NCBI GenBank assembly: GCA_032718475.1
Contig: JAUCBJ010006410.1
Span: forward strand, 1-64,000
Direction: 5' to 3'
Source: Nemertoderma westbladi
Lineage: Eukaryota > Animalia > Xenacoelomorpha
DNA length: 64,000 nucleotides
Part shown: positions 33,133 through 45,736 of the stretch, one piece after another
Numbering within the stretch: position 1 is the first letter of the stretch
Layout: every line of letters begins with the position of its first letter
Notes under the pieces: model-generated
Told to the model about the DNA's origin: nothing
Database searches by the model: none
The model's input: the letters and a program-made list of their open reading frames with translations, nothing else
Program-made: the position numbers and the translations under genes

Positions 33133-33362
33133 AAATGCCTGGCAAGTAATCAAACTGGGAGTGGGGATCGATATATAGCTCCAGTGTAACAAATTACAGA
33201 ATAATAGAAAGGGATCTGACAAATTATCCTTTCAAATACTTATTTCGACTCTATTTTACTCAAACATTTGATATATGTACTTTTTTACACTAAATTAAAT
33301 TTATTTTAGTATTATATCAATAAAAGCTACTAGGATATAATTTTATTAACGCATAAATAAGT

Positions 33363-35165
33363 ATGAGTATTAAAACAGGTACGAAAGCGCGCCAAATTCA
33401 AAGTAATAGTAATGCAGGAAATATTAAGCGCTCCCGGCAGTTGCGTGAAGGGGCCGAGGTTGACAACTATAGCGAGGATAGTTTCAACTCAGAGGAGGAG
33501 TCTCTTTCTAAATCATCTCATCGTAGTCGGAGCAACGGTCCCCATGGTAACCGGCAACGTAGACGCGATCAGCGCGCCCCACCGGCCAGACACCCACCAG
33601 ACACCGTGGCGCTCCACCGATTAATATCCGCAAAAGATAAACAAATCCACAATCTCCGAGACAAAATGGATGTTTTGCTAGGCAACCTAGATTGCGAACA
33701 GGAGGAGGTACGAACGTTAAGGAGACTACAGTCGAGACATCAACGGGCACTACAGAAGTATGAAGGGGAGTCGAGCGAGCTGGCGAGGCTGTTCCACGAT
33801 CACGCGAGCGAAGTCGCAGCTCTCCGAGGCCAAATCAAAAAGTATAAGTCGCGGGATAGCGAGACAAACCGTAAATACAGTGCCCAGAATCTCGAGGTTC
33901 AGAGACTAATAGATAAAAACGAAGAGTTAAAGGCGTTAGTAGATAACGATCAGCTAGAAGATAGAGACAAACTGCAATCGGCTGTTAATCATTTGGAAGA
34001 AATCATCATAGAGAAAGACAAACAGATAACACACTCTCAAAAGAATCTAGAACTGTCGCAGAAGAACACGCAGACAGAAGTAAACACCTGGAAGGCAAAG
34101 AACCGGCAGTTACAGAGGCAATGCGATGAACTGGAAAATGAAATCCAACGTATGGAGCAATTACTTCGAGATAAGGAGAAGGAACTTAGTGTAAAAAATA
34201 TTTATTCACAGAGGATAATAAAACCTCCAGTACGTTTACAGTCCAATTCCTCCTCGTCTGGGAATAATAAAGTGGTATCCACGGCAACAAAGTCAACAAT
34301 GACAAATTTCGAAAGTAAAAGCGGTGATAATAATCAGTTGGAGGATGAAATACGTGAAGCAATAATGCAAGAGGAAATAAAGCGTAAGGATGCAGAAGTA
34401 AAACGTCAAAAAGGTGAGGAAATGAAACGTATGGAGGAAATAAAGCGCCAAGAAGAGGAAATAAAGCGCCTAGAAGAGGAGGAAATAAAGCGCCTAGAAG
34501 GGGAGGAAATAAAGCGCTTGGATGAAATAAAACGTATGGAGGAAATAAAGCGTCAACAAGAGAAGGAGATACAGCAGCGCAAAGAAGAGGAAGAAGAAAA
34601 GAACCGTAAAGATGAGGAATTAAGACTCCAAATCGAGCGTGACAAGAAGCGTGAAGATGAAATAAACCATAAAGAGGAAGAAATAAAGCGCGTGAGTAAC
34701 AGCAGGCAAAGTTCAGACGACCATTTAGCGATATTGGCTGATTTAGATAGGCATCCTGAGGGTGGAAATAAAACTTTGGCAACTGATAAACAAATACAGG
34801 AGGGAGAAAGAAGGAAGAAAGATGCGCTACTGAAAGAAATGATGGAAATCGATGATAAATTAGGAAGCGGAAGAGATCGGAAAGAATATACATTCCGTGA
34901 TGCAGATGAGAACCTGCACGCTGGAAAAGCAAGTCATTCAAAAGAGGAGCACTCCTCTACAGTTGTAGGGAGATCTTCCAGGAAGAATTCTATAGAGCTA
35001 AGTTACAAACCCAATATGGAACATGGGAGGAACAATACACGGATATTGAGACAGAGTTCCATATCAAATAACTCAATGAAATCTGTAAATAAATCTCCCC
35101 CAGGTACTTTACTACCTAGACGTTCCCTCACTAAACGTATTAGCTTAGAATCACTGGAATTATAG
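33363..35165 (+). CDS. LCA5: Lebercilin / lebercilin-like ciliary coiled-coil protein
   Basis: RLISAK...I..LR, EVRTLRRLQSRHQRALQKYEGESSELARL..H..EV..LR, and KEKELSVKNIYSQRI match the lebercilin domain. LCA5 versus LCA5L cannot be resolved. Confidence 0.82.
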   Translation: MSIKTGTKARQIQSNSNAGNIKRSRQLREGAEVDNYSEDSFNSEEESLSKSSHRSRSNGPHGNRQRRRDQRAPPARHPPDTVALHRLISAKDKQIHNLRDKMDVLLGNLDCEQEEVRTLRRLQSRHQRALQKYEGESSELARLFHDHASEVAALRGQIKKYKSRDSETNRKYSAQNLEVQRLIDKNEELKALVDNDQLEDRDKLQSAVNHLEEIIIEKDKQITHSQKNLELSQKNTQTEVNTWKAKNRQLQRQCDELENEIQRMEQLLRDKEKELSVKNIYSQRIIKPPVRLQSNSSSSGNNKVVSTATKSTMTNFESKSGDNNQLEDEIREAIMQEEIKRKDAEVKRQKGEEMKRMEEIKRQEEEIKRLEEEEIKRLEGEEIKRLDEIKRMEEIKRQQEKEIQQRKEEEEEKNRKDEELRLQIERDKKREDEINHKEEEIKRVSNSRQSSDDHLAILADLDRHPEGGNKTLATDKQIQEGERRKKDALLKEMMEIDDKLGSGRDRKEYTFRDADENLHAGKASHSKEEHSSTVVGRSSRKNSIELSYKPNMEHGRNNTRILRQSSISNNSMKSVNKSPPGTLLPRRSLTKRISLESLEL

Positions 35166-38114
35166 TGGTGAAGTGGAATTGGTTTTGTTTCATTCTTATG
35201 GAAATTTCACAGTTTACAATTTTTGTTGCTGATATTTTTAGTTAATCCAATATGAAACAAAGAAGCAGTAAAATTGGTGCAGAATATATTTATATATAGA
35301 GAGTTGACCTACATTACAGTACTGTATGACATTTTTTTTGAAGTAGGATTGATAATTTATGGTATCTGAATTCTGCCAAACAAAAAATATTTTAATTGTT
35401 TATGGTCGACCACTACTTAATTAATGGTCAAATCAATCACTTTGCCTTTTACTTTTTGATAATTATCTACCCTCTATCTACTATTTTGAAATATTATTAC
35501 CCGCTACTGTATTATCCATTAAACAATATGGCTTATGCTATACGTTTGAGCAAATAATTATGTTTTCTATAAAACGTTATTTCTTATAATTACTTAATAA
35601 TCTTACTTATAATTGAATTTTACTTTGCAAAATAAATCCGGTGAAATTCGCGATCTATTTCACTATAGAGCCCCATCGTGCGATCCATTTCACTATAGAG
35701 CCCCATCGTGCTACCTGATTTTTCGTTGGTATGCCTACTGCTGTGAGTCACGCTAGGGGAAACTAAGGAAAGACCTCCAAGGTTGTATAGAGTCTGATTG
35801 GAGATGTTTTCATTGTAATTGACAAATCTGTATCAATCTGTATAAACTCTTATGTACCATTACATTAATATGCAATATTTCTTATACAGTAGGCTATGAA
35901 TATGAATGAAATAAATGAAACGAAATATGAATCTTTTAGTTTTCGTGCAATATCATTATTAATTTACTTGTTACTGTATGTTAATTTATCTATAGTAAAT
36001 GCCTCACTCTTCACTATACAATGGCGAAATTGGATTAGGTTTTTATAATCTTGCCAGTGGGCAAAGTTGTCCTACAGTAATTTATGGATGACTACTGTAC
36101 AAAACAAAGTCCCAAGACGCAAATAATAAAGACCTCCATAATATTGTAACATGTGTTAACTTTCGTTTATTGTTTTGGTTCCCCCAACACGCCTCTGTAA
36201 GCTCCTCCTTTACTAACCTGATCCTTAATTTAAATGGCTTGGTGGTTAATCCAAATTTTCATCTTTCCATTACAACTGTACAGTGTATTAACACTGTACA
36301 GTCTGACAGTGTACACGTACAGGTGTATTGTACACATGAATGTACAGTGTACAACTGCGACTGTAGTTTTGGTTTTGCACTGTTATGAAAAGAGCTACGC
36401 CAGTAGGCGTCATAGTGTAAAAATAATGTCCCATATTACAAGATACAGAGTCGGTATCGTACTACAGTATCTTACTGTAGTCCGTCAATGCCAATTGATG
36501 GAAAGCTTTTACAGACTGACAGAGGCGGGTATTTTTTAACCAAAACAATAAACGACCCCGATACCAATTGCGTGAAAAGGAACAGGTTACAGATAGGCTT
36601 TTCTAACCAAAACAATAATACAGTAATACACGATATCATTATACCGATTGGAGGAAAGGAGCCGATGACTACAACTGTACAATGCTATTGAAAATTTATA
36701 CTACAAAACTATAAGACCATAATTTTACGACAGCGCTACATATATCTTAATACAGTAATACAGTATAATACGTATCGCGGGATTATGCTGTTTTGGGGCC
36801 TCAATAACCCCCAGGCAGGTTAGTAAAGGAGCGTTACGGTTACAAGTTGAAACGAACCAAAACAATAAACGAGAGTTAGTAATATTGTAGAATATTTAAT
36901 CATATCATACGTAATCATATTTAATTGAGAATCAAAATCGGCCTACTGGCTGACTGGAACTCCGAAAAGCCTGGAGGCCCCGGAACAGGATAGAGCCCGT
37001 ATCGCAGTAACTGCTGTATAATTTTTTCTAGTTTATATGTTTTTCATAATGTGTAAATAAAGTAGCGACTGTTCTACCTACAGTACTATGATACCAAATA
37101 CCGTTAGGTACTGATGGCCTAAGAGTACAGCAGTAGAGATACCGATATGTCCCTGAAAATAAAATCGAAAAAAAACGGACAAAAAGTAAAAACACCACAA
37201 TCTTCTTAGCAGCTATAGTATTCCTTCCTGTATTCAATCTGCAATGATAAAACAGTTGAATTTACCGCCAAAATATAGGTGACAGATCTGATTTGCCACC
37301 AAGGTGTCTGCCACCCTTTCGAGTCAGCCAGTACAAATTACATATGTTTCAATCATTTGAATTTCCCGGGCTACAGGGCTATCTGGCTATGGAGCAGGTT
37401 GGCACCTTTTAGGGACTTGTTGCTGTCATGTCCCACATGTCAGCATCACAGCATATGATACCGGTATGTGGTGATATGTGCCCGACAGCCCCTATAGCTG
37501 GCATCTGGTAATGGCCAGCCAGTCCATAACTGGAGTACGAGTACTGCACTTTTTAAATTTAAATGATTTATTGCAAGGTAAATAATATATTTAAAAAAAA
37601 AACATATAATAAAACCCACAGACCTAGGCTGCTAGGCCTACTGCTGTACTGTAGCTTTTTTCAACCTACAGACCTATCCCAGTATCCTGCTATCCTGTAA
37701 ACCGCCTTACAAAATGTAGGTCGTACTCGTACAGTTAGAAGTTGTCCTCAGACTGATAAATAATAGGCCTGCCGGCTGGCTGGCTGGCCCGTAGTTTATT
37801 CTATTACCGTCCTTCCGTCCCGTCAGTCGTGAGGTCACACCGTCTGAATTATATTTAATACCGCAGTACCGGTCAGCCGGTACGCAGGTACGTTTGTGTA
37901 AATAGGCTCAGGTCATTTTCGATTATAATTTTTGTTGGCTCTGCACTACTGCACTATGGGCTATCCTATCTGGTATCCTAGCTTATTTCGTTAGCTGGAT
38001 AGGATACGGTGTACGGCAGTACAGTACCGGTACCGGTACCGTACGTATCGGCTTGTTTTATTGTAACGCCTTAATTCCCGTATTTTATTTCGATTTACAA
38101 CTGTGAACTGTACA

Positions 38115-41100
38115 ATGGAAGCGGAAATCATTGAGGCTTACGACAACGGTGACAACAATCGTTTGTCGGCTATTCTCGACCGCGCCGACACCAACGAGCT
38201 CAATAAATCCATCCGTAGACGATCAGTGAACGCCAATGACGTGGGACCCGTCCCGCTAATTCGCGCAATGCTTAGCGGTTCCTCGTACGATAAAGAATCC
38301 GGTACTAAACGCCGCATCCAAGTCATCAACTACTGCGCCACCTTACTGGACAACGGGGTCGACACCAAAGCCGCTGACGACATAGTCGCCTTCCTACTCG
38401 TTGAGATCGAGAACGTTTCATCCCGCCATCTTACCGAGCTCTGCGACTTCTACATCGAACTGGTAGGGGGCGACTGCACAAAGTTCTGCCAGAGTTTTGA
38501 ACTCCTTCCGAAGATTTTGGAATCGCTGTTGCTATGCGACACTTTGGAGTACTGCGGAGAGACGCTCAAAGGTTCCGAGTGTCGAAATAAAGTCCTGGAG
38601 AATCTCTGCGCCAAGGAATGGAACTTTAAACGTGCGGTTTTATTAACGACTGCGTTACGCGAAACCAATCTATCAGCTAATGAGCTCAATATAGTTGAGG
38701 TCAAACTGTTTAAACTGATAACTATATTGGAGGGCGCTGCCGTCCCCAGACTGGTCTACCAACTTCTCCTTTTAGCATCTAAAGGACAGAAATCTTCCAT
38801 CCTGCGGGGTTTGTTCTCCCACTTCGGAGGATCCGCTCCCCTTACTCCCCCTCTACTGGGAGTCGTCCTCCTCCACATGACCCACGCCGCCCGTCGGGAC
38901 CCTGAACTCGTCGCCGAAACGCTCAAATACCTCAAGTTCTCCTCCAAGAAGGTGATCCAGTCGACCTTCAGTCTCGCCTTCGTGCTCTCCCTCTGTGAAC
39001 TCCATCGTGTCGCGGACAAAATCCACGAGATTATCCGACAGTCACTCCTCCAGAGTTTCTCTGACTCGGACAAACTGTCCGGGAGTCGATTAATCCGGGA
39101 ACTGATTCCCGGACTGGGGGATCCCGTCGTCGCTCTTCTAGAACTCGTGGAACTCACCCAGGACGGATGGGAGGTTGTGGCGCCGTTGTTTCGCTTCGCC
39201 ATCAACCTGTTGGAGACGTTGGCACCGCGCTGCTCTCACGACGTCAACTCTTCCCCCACCCCCGCGGGACGTCTCCTCTCCCTCGCCAAGGACGTCGTCG
39301 TTAAACTCTTTACCTACCACGACTCGGTCCGCTCCGAGTCCCTATCCTTGGCTCTCCGTTGTTCCTTCGGCTCGGCAACCCCCCTAGTCGTCCACCACCA
39401 CCTCGACCTCCTCTCCTCTATGATCCAGCACCACCCCTGCGCCATCCTCCAACGTCTCCCCCGTGTCATCGAGGCCCTCGACTACCTCACCCAACTGGCC
39501 CTCCCAGTCGCAGACCGACTGCTGCGTTCCTTGCGACCGCTACTCACGCACAGCCCCGCCCTCAGACAGGCGCTCTTCCTCGTCCTAAAGAAAGGCACCT
39601 TCGCTAAGGAACCCGAGGCCCGGAGGGTCGCCGTCAACGGTTACCTCCAACTCCTCCGTTATTTCAAATTGTCCGGCTCATTGCCTAGCAGCCAGTCCAG
39701 CCAGTCGTTCAGCATCAGCCAAGTCCCGGGGGTCGGTGCGCGTACTAGCGACGCCGCTAACGAGTCACTCTGCATCGAGGTGGTCGGCTGTGTCCGTCGC
39801 AGTCTCTCCCAGCAGCCGCTAGTCCGGGTCCACATCTACAACCACATATACGACGTCCTCCTATCCAACTCCCAACTATCCTCGACCCTCGTCACTATAC
39901 TCCACCAACACGTCGTTAAGTACCTCAACGAAGAGGCCACCACGATCTTAGTAGACCGCGGTATCGAAGACGACGTTGTGAAGGATCCACTAGGGCGACT
40001 CGTCCACGCTCTCGGCTCCTGTACGCTACTCGCTAAACGCTTCAACGGAGGAAACGATTTATTCAACGAGTTTGAAGACGAGGACGCTGCTGTTAGTAAG
40101 GTGGAGGTTCTATTGGGAACCCTTACAGAACATTTCAGCGAGTTTAGTATAGAGGGCGATGAGGCCAAACTGGTGCTGGAGAATAAACTTGGTGTCGCTG
40201 AGCTGTGCAACGTGATGGAAAGTTTGATTGAGTTTCAGTTCATCTCCGATCCCTACAGCGACGAACGTTGTAAACGAGTTGCCAGGTTGTTCTCAAGTTT
40301 AACCGCCGTTTCCGAGAAATTATCGGATACCACCAGCAGACGGAAGACGCAGTCGATAGCTAGAAGCAGCTTGTTGACTTTGCGTTGCGTGTCTACCATC
40401 CTTCAGAGTCTCTTCGTTGTACCCGGCCATGAAGACGCCCTCGATGTGCTGCGAAAGAATTTCGAATTCGTAAAATACGTCATTAACGTTGGTCTTCAAC
40501 ACCTTCAGCATATTCTCGCCCATGGCTTCCTCGAGGGACCAGAAGGTCGCAACAAACCCAAGTTGTTCGACCACATTGGGGATATCGGTAGAGCGTTGTA
40601 CAAGATCGTGGATAAGGGCGAGGCCGGAAGATCCGAGAAGGGGAAGAAATCCATTGTGGATCTCTCCATCGAGGGTTTGTGTGTGATTGTCGAAATCGTA
40701 ACCAAACAGCACAGTAAAGACGATCTATATAAACTGGTGGTCGCTATAGACGACAATGTAGACGATGTTACAGAGGAGAGTTTGCATCTCCATGTGGAAC
40801 ATTGCGAGGAATTGTTTAAAAGGTGTTTGGGATCAAGTGGAGGGGAACGGAGAGGAATTAATTGGATCCAGATGGTCGGTCGCTATTCCGTTCCGTACTC
40901 CCCTGATTCTCCTCTGCTTCAGCGGCTTCAGCAGTGGCTGCTACATCTCGTGGAATCCGAGGATATTTCGGATATTCAACTGATTAAGTTTATCTTTTGT
41001 TTGCTGTTTCAGTTACAATGGCGCTGTTCGTCGTCCATTGTTCTCCTCAGGGAAGTGGCTGAAGAGATTCACAGCAACCTAGGCGACATCGATGAAGACG

Positions 41101-42161
41101 TTACCATAGAGGAAGTTAGCCGATTTAAGATGATATCAATGCGCTCCGCCGCTCCCACCGTATTGGTTTCGTTAACTTCCCATCTCGAGGTCATCCTCGA
41201 CCACCTAGACTGGCTGGTTAACTATCTGAAGTCTCGAGTTGTGGTTAAATCGAATCTAGTTGATACGGAAGACGATGAAGAGGAAACCTTAGAGCTCCGT
41301 GCTAAGGTTGAACTAGAGGTATCGCACTGCCTATCGATGGTAGTAAACGTTATGTGCCAGGTGCTACAGAGTGCCTTACCGGCAGGTACTTCGGTAGACG
41401 GAGTATTTAAATGCGTCACCAAGTTGTGCAACACGCTGACCTTGTTAATCAAATACAACATCCATATGGTCCAAGTAACAGGAGTGAAACTCTATGTGAC
41501 CTCGGTTCATCTGAAGAAGTTGATAAAGCTGACGGGGGCGCAGTTGCAACCGTGTTCCTACGGGTTCATAATCTACGTGCAATCGGTGCAGACCGAGCAG
41601 TTGAAAGTTAGCGAAGCGAAGGAAGCCAAGAAGAAAGGTGTGGCGGTGATCGGGAAGAAATCCGCTAAATCCGCTGGTCTCCAGGAACCGGCGAAGCAGA
41701 GGGTGCTCAAGGAGACCCGACCAATCCCTAATCTAGTGTTCGCCATAGAGCAGTACGAGCGGTTCCTTATCGAGTTCGGCCGGAAGATTAAGTTCGACTT
41801 TATGGCCGGTTTCAAACGCAGTACGTCACGCGATTTCCGAATTAATTTGGCGAATATTAATTTGGACGAAAGTCGCGTGGAATCTGAGCCGGAAGAGGAC
41901 GAGAGTGTGGTTACTGGGATTGAGTTAGAGGATATAGAACCAGCGACTAACGGGGTGGAAGGTCCATCTAACGTAGATGATGTTGTTGGCCCTCCCTCTT
42001 CCAAAGAATCGGCCCCGGCGGCCAGGGTTTCCTTTCGACTTAGCGGTAAACGCCCGACTCCTAGCGGCTCCAACGCGAATCCGGGAACCTCCAACCAATT
42101 GCAGACGCAACCGCCGCCTAAAGTTCGCAAATCTTTAGGAGCTCGGAGGAATATAAAATAA
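38115..42161 (+). CDS. FANCI: Fanconi anemia group I protein
   Basis: VPRLVYQLLLLASKG; LVLKKGTF (monoubiquitination-lysine region); S/TQ cluster SSQSSQSFSISQ; LGDIDEDV; C-terminal VLKETRPIPNLVFAIEQYERFLI...KRSTSRDFRI; ATG at 38115; AATAAA at ~42258. Confidence 0.95.
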   Translation: MEAEIIEAYDNGDNNRLSAILDRADTNELNKSIRRRSVNANDVGPVPLIRAMLSGSSYDKESGTKRRIQVINYCATLLDNGVDTKAADDIVAFLLVEIENVSSRHLTELCDFYIELVGGDCTKFCQSFELLPKILESLLLCDTLEYCGETLKGSECRNKVLENLCAKEWNFKRAVLLTTALRETNLSANELNIVEVKLFKLITILEGAAVPRLVYQLLLLASKGQKSSILRGLFSHFGGSAPLTPPLLGVVLLHMTHAARRDPELVAETLKYLKFSSKKVIQSTFSLAFVLSLCELHRVADKIHEIIRQSLLQSFSDSDKLSGSRLIRELIPGLGDPVVALLELVELTQDGWEVVAPLFRFAINLLETLAPRCSHDVNSSPTPAGRLLSLAKDVVVKLFTYHDSVRSESLSLALRCSFGSATPLVVHHHLDLLSSMIQHHPCAILQRLPRVIEALDYLTQLALPVADRLLRSLRPLLTHSPALRQALFLVLKKGTFAKEPEARRVAVNGYLQLLRYFKLSGSLPSSQSSQSFSISQVPGVGARTSDAANESLCIEVVGCVRRSLSQQPLVRVHIYNHIYDVLLSNSQLSSTLVTILHQHVVKYLNEEATTILVDRGIEDDVVKDPLGRLVHALGSCTLLAKRFNGGNDLFNEFEDEDAAVSKVEVLLGTLTEHFSEFSIEGDEAKLVLENKLGVAELCNVMESLIEFQFISDPYSDERCKRVARLFSSLTAVSEKLSDTTSRRKTQSIARSSLLTLRCVSTILQSLFVVPGHEDALDVLRKNFEFVKYVINVGLQHLQHILAHGFLEGPEGRNKPKLFDHIGDIGRALYKIVDKGEAGRSEKGKKSIVDLSIEGLCVIVEIVTKQHSKDDLYKLVVAIDDNVDDVTEESLHLHVEHCEELFKRCLGSSGGERRGINWIQMVGRYSVPYSPDSPLLQRLQQWLLHLVESEDISDIQLIKFIFCLLFQLQWRCSSSIVLLREVAEEIHSNLGDIDEDVTIEEVSRFKMISMRSAAPTVLVSLTSHLEVILDHLDWLVNYLKSRVVVKSNLVDTEDDEEETLELRAKVELEVSHCLSMVVNVMCQVLQSALPAGTSVDGVFKCVTKLCNTLTLLIKYNIHMVQVTGVKLYVTSVHLKKLIKLTGAQLQPCSYGFIIYVQSVQTEQLKVSEAKEAKKKGVAVIGKKSAKSAGLQEPAKQRVLKETRPIPNLVFAIEQYERFLIEFGRKIKFDFMAGFKRSTSRDFRINLANINLDESRVESEPEEDESVVTGIELEDIEPATNGVEGPSNVDDVVGPPSSKESAPAARVSFRLSGKRPTPSGSNANPGTSNQLQTQPPPKVRKSLGARRNIK

Positions 42162-43306
42162 GCTTTGTGTTACTCTTACTATCACATACGTATTAGAGTT
42201 ATTCCGCTTAAACTAGATTATAAATAGTTAAATCAACTTTTATCTAAAACCTTAACGAATAAACTTATTTAATAATAATAAGATTCATCTTGTTTCTTTT
42301 CGTAACTAATTATACTAAAAGTCATACTGAGATATTATACAATGATGTAGCTATTACTTATATTGTTGTATTATTACCATGTAGTATTAGAGATGGTATA
42401 GATTGAGACTGTTTCTTTACATCCGTATTTTTAACAGTGTAATATTTCGAATCAAAACTCAAACTATAACTATGCAATAATTTATTAACAGTGCTTTGTT
42501 TTCTAAACTATTCAATACATTAGCAGTGTTTTACCTTCAATTTTATATCCTATTAACACTAATTTATTCTTAAATTGGTACTCCTATGTCCCGATTATAC
42601 GCCAACAGAACAATAAACTATTTAGTATCTGTACAAAAAACCTGGTATTCTTCACAGTTCACATGAAATAATGGCGTAAATAATGGTAGCCTATTTTATA
42701 AATTTTTATTTGTAAATAATATTATTTTGAAATAATTATTAAAAGTATCAATTGAAGACTAAATTATGAATTGGGTTCAATCTTATAACTTTTTTACAAT
42801 GCTCGATTTATTTTATTTACCGGGCCCCATCGGGGAAATAAAGAGTAGAGAACATAGTGATAAACTTTGTTCCCTTGTAATAAATAATTATTAGAGTAAC
42901 GATAATATTTTATATTTATTGCAATATTGTTTGTCGGGCCCCAGTGTAATAGTGTCATTTATAAGTATCTGGTAAATCACTAACGAACGGTTTCATTATA
43001 TATTTTATAGTTTTACATTGATTATGTTTCAGTGAGACGGGGGGGGGGGGGGTTGATTTAAATCCTTTCTCAGCAAATTTATATTATTTGCGTCTATTTT
43101 CCCATTGTGATTTATGTTGAAAGCGTCAGCCCATCCCCTATTTTTGGAATAGGTATCTTCAGAAAATTTCAGAAAAAAACAGGAAAAAAAACAGGCAGTG
43201 AACCTGAACATACTGTGTAACATTATTCATTTCCTAGGCGGCTTATTTAGACCCACGATAGATGGGACACTATTAAACTAAAATAAATATTTTAAACATA
43301 ATCTTA

Positions 43307-44293
43307 CAGGTTAGTCACTCAATTTTAGTTTCCCCTGACGTTTTAAAAAAATTCCCTGACCGCATAGGTACGCTACATTTGTATAGCTACTTTCTTATTC
43401 AGGCCTGTTTTATTATGCCTACATTCCAGAAAAGTTAAATGAGTCATTTTAATATCAATATATCGGTCCCCAGGATTAGAACTATCGGCCTTCCGACAGT
43501 TTTAATCCTGGGGACTTAGAACCGCCAGACTACCTCACCGCTTTCAACCAAAGACCTTGAAACTACCTCGCCGCTTTCAACCATGTACCTTGAGACTACC
43601 TCGCCGCTTTCAACCAAGACTACCTCACCGCTTTCAACCAAAGACCTTGAAACTACCTCGCCGCTTTCAACCATGTACCTTGAAACTACCTCGCCGCTGT
43701 CAACCATGTACCTTGAGGAAACTACCTCGCCGCTTTCAACCATGTACCTTGAGAATACCTCGCCGCTTTCAACCATGTACCTTGAGAATACCTCGCCGCT
43801 TTCAACCATGTACCTTGAGACTACCTCGCCGCTTTCAACCAAAGACCTTGAAACTACCTCGCCGCTTTCAACCATGTACCTTGAGAATACCTCGCCGCTT
43901 TCAACCATGTACCTTGAGACTACCTCGCCGCTTTCAACCATGTACTTTGAGACTACCTCGCCGCTTTCAACCATGTACCTTGAGACTACCTCACCGCTTT
44001 CAACCATGTACCTTGAGACTACCTCGCCGCTTTCAACCATGTACCTTGAGACTACCTCGCCGCTTTCAACCCTTGCGTACCTTGAGACTACCTCGCCGCT
44101 TTCAACCCTTGCAGGACCTTGAGACTATTCGTGTTGGAAGGAAATGAAATGGCGAGGAGAGAAGATTTTACACAGATGTCCTGCATATATACCAAATTCC
44201 CTGACTTTGACATTTTTTACATGAATCAACGAAATTTCAAGAAAATGTTAAATTCCCTGAATATTCCAGTAAGTATCAATGGCATGTGACCTG
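43307..44293. mobile_element. TA-flanked non-autonomous DNA element with TTCCCTGA subterminal motifs enclosing a minisatellite
   Basis: TA|CAGGT...ACCTG|TA; TTCCCTGA at ~43331, 43352, 44197, 44254. Confidence 0.4.
43527..44126. repeat. 33-bp minisatellite (ACTACCTCGCCGCTTTCAACCATGTACCTTGAG), ~18 units
   Basis: Directly visible; produces repetitive ORFs in three frames. Confidence 0.95.
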
Positions 44294-45736
44294 TACTTCA
44301 TAAGATTAGAGTGCGAGGCGTTTTAACATTGTTTTACGGCGAATAATGTGTAGGGCAACTATTAAAGGAAGGAATAGAAGGATTGCGATATAGGTTAAAA
44401 TAACAACTAAACAATAATATTCTTCAATCATAACCTGGCCAGATTCCCAAAGTGCCATAAAGCAGGACACCAAGTTGAGCCCTGTGCGATTTGATGAAAA
44501 TTGAAAAATACAAAAAAATTATACACCATTTAATAAGTAAATTAATTAATAAGTAATCTGTTGAAGGCCACCAAATACATTACGAAAGCGCAATCAAGGC
44601 ATGGTGGGGGACGTGAGTAATATGTTTCAATGTTTGTCCTAGGAAATTTCCGGAAATGTATACTTACGAAAAACTGTACCTACATACTTCAGCCGGCGGA
44701 GTGAAAACAAACCTATCAAAGAGCGGATAGTAATTACAGAAAATAGAAAAAGAACTGAAATATGTATAATTAATGTGATAAGTTTATGTTAGGTTATAAT
44801 TTATACTATAATATATATATCCGCTGAGGGCCAGAAATGGTAATAGATTGTAATTAATATTAAATAAAAAATAAGTAATATTTATATTCCTACAGTACAA
44901 CCAATATATTTAAACACCAACAAAAAGTGAATCAATTAAACGGTTGTATTATATTTGTGGGGCGAGACACGTATGGCGAGCCATCAGCGAACTGATATAA
45001 TTATACTATGGCCGTTTCTCAAAAGTCTGTATGTGTGTGTGTGGGGGTGTGTGTGTGTGTGTAGGTGTGTGTGTGTGTGTCGGAAGCCATAAATGTCGGA
45101 AGCCATAATCGAAGTTAATATCTTCAGGTAAATTGCATGGTTGAGTCATTTTGAACGGTCTCTCCATGAAAATTAATTGTTTAGCACCATACGATTAAAG
45201 TTATTTTGCACAGAAATTAGATATCTGGAATCCACGTACCCCATTCCATTATAGTTTTTTATTTTCTCAAGTGATTTGCGTTAATAAATGTATTTTTAAT
45301 TGATTTAAACATAATTAACATTGTAAATTCATACCCTGATTCCATTCTCCCCCATAGAGCCTAAGGCATGGCAATGGCAGCCGTGCCCAATAATATTTCT
45401 TTAAGTTCTACATTACTAACATGGCAAGCTAAAGTCATTGACCAAGCCAGTGCCTAGGCTAGTACACAAGGACATAGTAGTCCAGTAGAAGGAATAGTGC
45501 TCCTTCAATACATCTCAACAGACATCAATTCATTCGCCTGTGCCTACCAACGCGTGCTCCATAACATAACATATATTCTTGATTTCCAATCACCTCTCAC
45601 CACAATTATTATTAGTAATTAAAAGTTTCAATTCGGTTTGTCGTTCCGTTATCTGGTTATTCAGTTATTGCATTATTAATAAATAAATGTTTTAAAATAT
45701 ATCTTACGAAATATGGTTAATAATTAAAACTTGTCG

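Noticed and set aside
38138-42130. Many overlapping ORFs within FANCI, and 34186..34941 within lebercilin
   Set aside because: Antisense or alternate-frame shadows of real CDSs.
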